Below the pieces are notes generated by a model. The model was not told the DNA's origin, searched no databases, and worked only from the letters and a program-made list of their open reading frames with translations. A DNA stretch of 40,370 nucleotides from Balneolaceae bacterium (lineage in GTDB: Bacteria > Bacteroidota > Rhodothermia > Balneolales > Balneolaceae): the NCBI GenBank assembly GCA_035638715.1, contig DASQZL010000110.1, positions 1 through 40,370 on the forward strand. The letters run 5' to 3'. The translations under genes were made by a program, and so were the position numbers. Positions 34,826-40,370 of the stretch are shown here, one piece after another. Within the stretch, counting starts at the first letter, position 1. The number at the start of each line of letters is the position of its first letter.

Positions 34826-36070
34826 TCAGAAAAATTCTTTTACGGTGCGTAATCCCTCAACCAGCTGATCTATATCTTGTTCTGTATTATAAAATGACAA
34901 AGAAGCCCGGGCCGTTGCGGGTACATTAAAACGTCGCATGGCAGGTTGTGCGCAATGATGTCCCGTTCGAATTGCTACTCCCTGCTTATCCAGAATGGTA
35001 CCCACATCATGAGCATGAATATCATCAAAAACGAAAGATATAACCGACGCCTTATGATCGGCGGTGCCAATAATACGCAACCCCTCTATTTTTGAAAGCT
35101 GCTCCGTGGCATACCCAAGCAATTCATGTTCGCGCCTGGCGATATTTTTCATGCCAATATCATTCAAGTAATCAACGGCTGCTCCGAGGCCAATGCCAGC
35201 GGCAATGGGAGGTGTTCCAGCCTCAAACTTATGGGGCAATTTATCATACGTCGTTTCTTTAAAACTTACTTTATCAATCATATCGCCCCCGCCCCGGTAT
35301 GGTGGCATCTCGTTCAGATAATTTTCCTTACCGTAAAGAATACCAAAACCGGTTGGCCCACACATTTTATGAGCGGAAAAAGCATAAAAATCCACGTCAA
35401 GATCCTGTACGTCGATAGACATGTGGGGCGCCGCCTGTGCCCCGTCAACCAAAACCGGGACATCATATTTGTGTGCTTCAGCAATTATTTTTTTGACCGG
35501 GTGAATCGTTCCCAGCGCATTGGATACATGTCCCACCGCCACCATGGCCGTGTTTTTACTCAACAATGACTTAAATTCATTCCATATTATCGCTCCATCG
35601 TCATCAACCGGGGCCACTTTAATAACAGCACCCGTCTGATTGGCAATCATTTGCCAAGGGACAATATTCGCATGATGTTCAACCTCCGTCAGGATAATCT
35701 CGGCATCTTCCTCGAAAAACTGCCGGCCGTAGCTGTTGGCTACGAGATTAATAGAATCCGTTGTTCCCGTAGTATATATTATTTCATGTTTATGCCGAGC
35801 ATTGATAAAATCGCGTATTTTTTCCCTCGTTTCTTCATACGCTTCTGTGGCATGCTGACTTAGGTGATGAACTCCCCGGTGAACATTGGTATGCTCGTGA
35901 CGATGATAATAATCTATGCGATCTGCCACCTGAGCCGGCATTTGACTGGAAGCAGCATTATCCAAATAGGCCAGCGGATAGCCATTCATCTGCTGATCGA
36001 GCACGCTAAAATCCTTGCGCACCGCGTCAAAATCGACCGCTTTTGATATTGAATTCAATGTTTCAGACAT
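34826..36070 (-). CDS. sufS: Cysteine desulfurase SufS (group II)
   Basis: PLP-Lys context FSAHKMCGPTG and the catalytic Cys loop RTGHHCAQP. Located after sufD. Confidence 0.93.
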   Translation of the reverse strand: MSETLNSISKAVDFDAVRKDFSVLDQQMNGYPLAYLDNAASSQMPAQVADRIDYYHRHEHTNVHRGVHHLSQHATEAYEETREKIRDFINARHKHEIIYTTGTTDSINLVANSYGRQFFEEDAEIILTEVEHHANIVPWQMIANQTGAVIKVAPVDDDGAIIWNEFKSLLSKNTAMVAVGHVSNALGTIHPVKKIIAEAHKYDVPVLVDGAQAAPHMSIDVQDLDVDFYAFSAHKMCGPTGFGILYGKENYLNEMPPYRGGGDMIDKVSFKETTYDKLPHKFEAGTPPIAAGIGLGAAVDYLNDIGMKNIARREHELLGYATEQLSKIEGLRIIGTADHKASVISFVFDDIHAHDVGTILDKQGVAIRTGHHCAQPAMRRFNVPATARASLSFYNTEQDIDQLVEGLRTVKEFF

Positions 36071-36098
36071 ATTTAGTCTGCTATCTACTATCTACGGG

Positions 36099-37424
36099 TT
36101 AATTTTCAAACGTGCGACTCGTGTAATCGTGCACCTCATCAACGAGTAATTCCTGCACCGAATCAACGGTAATATTTTCGATGGTTTCGAGTGCAAAGGC
36201 ATAGGTCAATAGCTCGCGGGCCTGTTCTTCACCGAGGCCCCTGCTTTTCAAATAAAACACCTGATCATCCTCGAGTTGTCCGACGGTTGCTCCGTGCGTA
36301 CAAACCACATCATCGGCAAATATTTCAAGCTGCGGCTTGGTGTTGACCAAGCCCTTTCTGGAAAGCAGTAAATTTCTATTTTCCTGGAAAGAGTCGATTT
36401 TCTGGGCACCCTGACGGACAAATATCTTGCCGTTAAAGACGGAATGAGCATGCCCGTTGATCACACATTTATGCAATTGATGGCTGTCTGCATGGGCAAA
36501 GCGGTGATCCATCACAGAGTGTGTGTCTGAAACCTGCTCACCGTCAATCAGCACGAGACCGTCAACCGTAAATTCGACCTCTTCCTCTAACTGCGTTATT
36601 CGCGGCTCATTGCGCGAAAGTTTGGCCCCAATGGTGATGGTATATGATTCGTAATTGGCATGTTGTTTGACGTGAGCCGCAGTCCGGGCAATGTGAATGG
36701 CCTCAGTACTTTCACGCTGAATTTTGGTATGCTTGACATAGGCATCGCGTTCAAGATTCAGCTCTACGACCGGCAGGCTAAAATATTTATTTTCGCCAAG
36801 ACCCACATGATCCTCAACAAGCGTAAGTTCCGAATCTTTATCAGCCAAAACGAGGCATCGGGAAGTCGTAAAATAGGGTTCATCCGCCCCGGTCTGCACA
36901 AAAAGAAGCTGAACGGGCGTATCCACTTTTACTCCTTCGGGTACGTGAATAAAGGCTCCGTCATTGAGTAATGCCGTATTAAAAGAGGTAAATATATCGT
37001 CCTCAAAATCGCCATACTCATGCAGATGCGTATCAACCAGCGTCTTTTCATCTCCATCAACCCCAGCAATATTACCCAGCGTAACTTCCGACGGAAGGGA
37101 ATCCGTAGATGAATGATCAGACGAAAAACGCCCATTTACAAAAACAAGGCGGGCGCCCTCACTTTCAGGAATATAATATTCACTTATATCCGGCACGTCC
37201 GCTTCAATCTGTGAAGCGGGAACATAAGAGTCGGAATATAAATCACGAAGGTTGATGAACCGCCATTCTTCGTCTTTTCTATGCGGAAAAGCGGTATTCT
37301 TTACCTCCTCTGCCCCTTTTTGGCGCAGCTCTCTAATCGTATCCGACTTGCCGTTCAGTGATGTCTCTTTAGCAATAAGATCGTTAAGAAAATTATCCTT
37401 TCTTTCTCTGATAGAAGTTGCCAT
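36099..37424 (-). CDS. sufD: Fe-S cluster assembly protein SufD
   Basis: 441 aa. The C-terminal beta-helix region carries the SufBD-family pattern (…TKPQLEIFADDVVCTHGATVGQL…FYLKSRGL). Positioned between sufC and sufS. Confidence 0.9.
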   Translation of the reverse strand: MATSIRERKDNFLNDLIAKETSLNGKSDTIRELRQKGAEEVKNTAFPHRKDEEWRFINLRDLYSDSYVPASQIEADVPDISEYYIPESEGARLVFVNGRFSSDHSSTDSLPSEVTLGNIAGVDGDEKTLVDTHLHEYGDFEDDIFTSFNTALLNDGAFIHVPEGVKVDTPVQLLFVQTGADEPYFTTSRCLVLADKDSELTLVEDHVGLGENKYFSLPVVELNLERDAYVKHTKIQRESTEAIHIARTAAHVKQHANYESYTITIGAKLSRNEPRITQLEEEVEFTVDGLVLIDGEQVSDTHSVMDHRFAHADSHQLHKCVINGHAHSVFNGKIFVRQGAQKIDSFQENRNLLLSRKGLVNTKPQLEIFADDVVCTHGATVGQLEDDQVFYLKSRGLGEEQARELLTYAFALETIENITVDSVQELLVDEVHDYTSRTFEN

Positions 37425-37427
37425 AAT

Positions 37428-38207
37428 TTAATTTTGTTCTCCGTTTACCGATACTGATGATAAATCAGTCAACCAGTCATAGCCTTCATCCTCCAGTTTA
37501 ACTGCAAGATCTTTATCACCTGATTTAACAATTTTACCGTCAAGCATTACGTGAACGGTGTCAGGCACAACATAATCCAGAATACGCTGGTAGTGTGTAA
37601 CCAGACAAACAGCATTGTCATCGTCAGCAAGATAGTTTATACCCTTGGCTACCGTTTTCAGAGCGTCAATATCCAGGCCGGAATCCGTCTCATCCAGAAT
37701 AGAAAGTCTGGGATCGAGGACAGCCATCTGAAATATCTCATTTCTTTTCTTCTCACCGCCCGAAAACCCGGCATTAATGCTGCGTTCAAGGAATTCAGGA
37801 TTCATGTCAACAACTTCGAGGCGCTCTTTAGCATAATCCTCAAACTGAAGAGGATCAAGTTCTTCACGCCCGCGCTTTTCCGCAATCGTATTATATGATT
37901 CGCGCAAAAGCGTTTTATTAGTAACGCCGGGCACCTCAACCGGATACTGAAAGGCAAGAAATATACCCAGGTGTGCTCGTTCGTCAGGTTCAAAATCCAA
38001 AATGCTCTCCCCGTCGAAGAGGATATCACCTTCGGTAACTTCATAATCTTCATGGCCGGCCACAACTTTAGCGAGCGTGCTTTTACCGCTTCCGTTGGGA
38101 CCCATTATAGCGTGAATTTCCCCTTCATTTATATTAAGATTGACACCCTTAAGAATCTCAGTGCCATCTTCTTCAACAACAGCATGTAAATTTTTAATTT
38201 CTAACAC
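37428..38207 (-). CDS. sufC: Fe-S cluster assembly ATPase SufC
   Basis: Walker [10 protein letters not shown], signature FSGGEKKR, Walker [16 protein letters not shown] start at 38207..38205. Confidence 0.95.
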   Translation of the reverse strand: MLEIKNLHAVVEEDGTEILKGVNLNINEGEIHAIMGPNGSGKSTLAKVVAGHEDYEVTEGDILFDGESILDFEPDERAHLGIFLAFQYPVEVPGVTNKTLLRESYNTIAEKRGREELDPLQFEDYAKERLEVVDMNPEFLERSINAGFSGGEKKRNEIFQMAVLDPRLSILDETDSGLDIDALKTVAKGINYLADDDNAVCLVTHYQRILDYVVPDTVHVMLDGKIVKSGDKDLAVKLEDEGYDWLTDLSSVSVNGEQN

Positions 38208-38214
38208 GTTATAA

Positions 38215-38253
38215 TAATTATTGAATTTTAAATTATTAATTATTGAATTTTAA
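38215..38253. repeat. 17-bp perfect direct repeat (TAATTATTGAATTTTAA) x2 in the sufB-sufC spacer
   Basis: Copies at 38215..38231 and 38237..38253 (period 22 bp), read directly from the sequence. They lie just upstream of the sufC GTG. Confidence 0.9.
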
Positions 38254-38350
38254 TGCTTTCAGGCAGCGGTAAGCTCTGGGCATCATCTCAATAAAATCTA
38301 ATGAATGTAAATGAGATGAAGCAGCAGCTGGCATTCAGCATGTAAAATGG

Positions 38351-39829
38351 CTAACCTACGCTACCTTCAAGTTTAATGCTCAACAGTTTATCCGCTTCAA
38401 CCGCAAATTCCATGGGCAATTCTTTCAGTACTTTTTTACAGAATCCATTAACGATGAGTGAAATGGCATCGTCTTCATCCATGCCGCGCTGCTGCAGATA
38501 AAATATCTGATCTTCACCCACCCTGCTGGTCGATGCTTCGTGTTCTACCTGGGCTTCGGGATTTGCAGACTGAATGTATGGAAATGTATGCGCACCACAC
38601 GTTTGACCAATTAACATGGAATCGCAGACGGAATAATTTTGCGCTCCATCGGCCCGCGGGCTGATCTTAACCAGTCCCCGGTAACTATTATTGGATTCAC
38701 CGGCTGAAATTCCCTTCGAAATAATGGTACTTTTGGTGTTTTTGCCGACGTGCGTCATCTTTGTTCCCGTGTCGGCCTGCTGACGTCCATTGGTCACAGC
38801 TACCGAAAAGAACTCCCCAACCGAATTATCTCCGGATAAAATCACACTGGGATATTTCCATGTAATCGCAGATCCGGTTTCAACCTGGGTCCAGGAAATT
38901 TTTGAATTGTCACCGCGGCACTGCCCTCGTTTAGTCACGAAGTTATAAATACCGCCGTTTCCTTCTTCATCGCCGGAGTACCAGTTCTGAATCGTTGAAT
39001 ATTTTACATCTGCATTTTCGAGTGCCACAATTTCAACGACCGCAGCATGAAGCTGATTTTTTTGATACATCGGAGCCGTACAGCCTTCCAGATAGCTTAC
39101 TTCGCTGTTGTCCTCGCAGATTATGAGCGTTCGTTCAAACTGCCCGGACTGCATATTGTTAATACGAAAATAAGTGGAAAGCTCCATCGGGCAAACGGTA
39201 TCTTTGGGGACATAAACAAACGATCCATCCGAGAAAACAGCCGAGTTCAATGCGGCATAGAAGTTATCTCCTTTCGGGACAACCGATCCGAGATATTCTT
39301 TTACAATTTCCGGATGATTTTGGATGGCTTCCGAGATGGAACAAAAAATAACCCCGGCTTCTGCCAACTTTTCTTTGAAAGTCGTAAATATGGATTCACT
39401 GTCAAATACGGCATCAACCGCAACGCCGGAGAGTCTTTTTTGTTCATCAAGCGGAATACCCAGCTTGTCATACGTTTCCTTGATTTGAGGGTCTATTTCA
39501 TCCAGGCTTTCAGCCTTTTTACCCTTTTCTTTCTTGGGAGCTGAATAATATTGAATATCATCAAAATCCGGTTTTTCATATTCAATATTCGCCCAGTCCG
39601 GCTCATCATCCATTTTTTTCCACTTTTCAAAGGCTTCCAGACGAAAATCAGTCACCCACTGCGGTTCGTTTTTACGCCGCGATATTTCACGGATGATATC
39701 CTCGCTGATGCCTTTTGGAAAATCTTCATATTCAACATCGGTGGTGAAACCATATTTATACTCACCGCCGATCATCGATTCCATCGCTTCAGATTCGTTT
39801 TCTTCTCCTACTATTTGTGTCTGACTCAT
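38351..39829 (-). CDS. sufB: Fe-S cluster assembly scaffold SufB
   Basis: 492 aa. A long conserved SufB core (…[35 protein letters not shown]…[21 protein letters not shown]…). Confidence 0.95.
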   Translation of the reverse strand: MSQTQIVGEENESEAMESMIGGEYKYGFTTDVEYEDFPKGISEDIIREISRRKNEPQWVTDFRLEAFEKWKKMDDEPDWANIEYEKPDFDDIQYYSAPKKEKGKKAESLDEIDPQIKETYDKLGIPLDEQKRLSGVAVDAVFDSESIFTTFKEKLAEAGVIFCSISEAIQNHPEIVKEYLGSVVPKGDNFYAALNSAVFSDGSFVYVPKDTVCPMELSTYFRINNMQSGQFERTLIICEDNSEVSYLEGCTAPMYQKNQLHAAVVEIVALENADVKYSTIQNWYSGDEEGNGGIYNFVTKRGQCRGDNSKISWTQVETGSAITWKYPSVILSGDNSVGEFFSVAVTNGRQQADTGTKMTHVGKNTKSTIISKGISAGESNNSYRGLVKISPRADGAQNYSVCDSMLIGQTCGAHTFPYIQSANPEAQVEHEASTSRVGEDQIFYLQQRGMDEDDAISLIVNGFCKKVLKELPMEFAVEADKLLSIKLEGSVG

Positions 39830-39944
39830 AAAAGTGTATTTACGAGATTAATTATGTAGAATTCTGTGGACAAATTCTTATTAACGCTTCACAAAGGAAT
39901 TTGTGATGTTATCATTCCCTGACTTATTTAGAACTATTCAATAT

Positions 39945-39958
39945 AAGCAATATTGCTT
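39945..39958. promoter_or_regulatory. Perfect 14-bp palindrome AAGCAATATTGCTT, candidate operator upstream of sufB
   Basis: Read directly from the sequence. It extends to 20 bp (TATAAGCAATATTGCTTTTA) with one mismatched pair. It lies 116 bp upstream of the sufB ATG. The regulator is unknown. Confidence 0.35.
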
Positions 39959-40250
39959 TTAACTTAAACATCAAACAGAAAAATATATTTTGGTGATAAA
40001 TATTGATAAAACATACCGTCGTTTGATTGAACAGAAGGCCTGAATCATTGTTAATGAATGATATTCAGAAATATTGAAACAATTCTGATTAATGCTATAT
40101 CATCAGCTTAGTAGATTTACAGGGATTCATAAATGGCATAAAAACTTATAACGTTCCACTTTATTTCCCAACCAGATTATCCGTTCTGGTTGCCGATCCT
40201 GCTTTGCGGGAAAATAAATTTTGATGAGAAGCAATAATTCTGTAACCGGC

Positions 40251-40370
40251 TCAGAAAGAAATGATGGCGCCAATACCAAGCAAGTTGCGATATTTAAATT
40301 CAGGTTCACCCTTCGCCGGATTAGAAAGCCACAACGGCACATCATAGCGAATTGCAAAGCCACGTGATTG
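40251..40370 (-). CDS. 3' end of a gene running off the right edge; the C-terminus looks like an outer-membrane beta-barrel protein
   Basis: The minus-strand frame entering from 40370 reads …SRGFAIRYDVPLWLSNPAKGEPEFKYRNLLGIGAIISF*, with alternating hydrophobic residues and a terminal Phe as in many OMPs. It is only 39 codons, so this is tentative. Confidence 0.3.
   Translation of the reverse strand, partial: QSRGFAIRYDVPLWLSNPAKGEPEFKYRNLLGIGAIISF

Noticed and set aside
40127-40363. 78-aa minus-strand ORF from the track at the right edge.
   Set aside because: Its translation (MALQFAMMCRCGFLIRRRV…) looks non-protein-like. A different minus-strand frame (40251..40370) gives an OMP-like C-terminus ending in Phe, which I prefer, though only tentatively.
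1-40370. Looked for mobile elements, CRISPR arrays, tRNA/rRNA genes, and toxin-antitoxin or defence-type genes.
   Set aside because: I recognised no transposase, integrase or recombinase motifs, no regularly spaced repeat array, no cloverleaf-like intergenic sequence and no nuclease, helicase or methylase cassette. Every large ORF has a plausible metabolic or housekeeping assignment.

Overview
This is a gene-dense bacterial chromosomal window of about 38 CDS. I saw no rRNA, tRNA, CRISPR array or transposase/integrase. All family calls come from reading motifs in the supplied translations; no searches were run. The flanks are housekeeping: a truncated peroxiredoxin, an isolated nuoI, der, tdk plus a nucleoside transporter, two SurA/parvulin-like genes, an LD-carboxypeptidase, nadD and bamD on the left. 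On the right are a GNAT, a GH32 fructanase plus fructokinase, a DsbA-like protein, an SDR and a sufB-C-D-S / Nfu / A-type-carrier Fe-S assembly cluster. The gene content (BamD, SurA, suf layout, AT-rich spacers) suggests a Bacteroidota/Rhodothermota/Balneolota-like Gram-negative, but that is only an inference. The centre (about 11.9-28.3 kb) is the interesting part: a compact isoprenoid-to-hopanoid supercluster. It holds type-2 IPP isomerase, an HpnL-like membrane protein, an HpnO-like class-III aminotransferase, two paralogous convergent PAPS-type sulfotransferases, an HpnB/HpnI-like GT2, radical-SAM HpnH, a single-enzyme squalene synthase, a squalene-hopene cyclase fused in frame to an HpnG-type nucleosidase domain, a polyprenyl synthase and DXS. 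The two most notable features are the sulfotransferase pair inside the side-chain tailoring block and the SHC::HpnG fusion. The pair leads to the hypothesis of sulfated bacteriohopanepolyols, a modification I do not know to be described. Smaller observations include an intra-cluster terminator, a 519-bp AT-rich divergent control region, a perfect 14-bp palindrome upstream of sufB and a 17-bp direct repeat between sufB and sufC.
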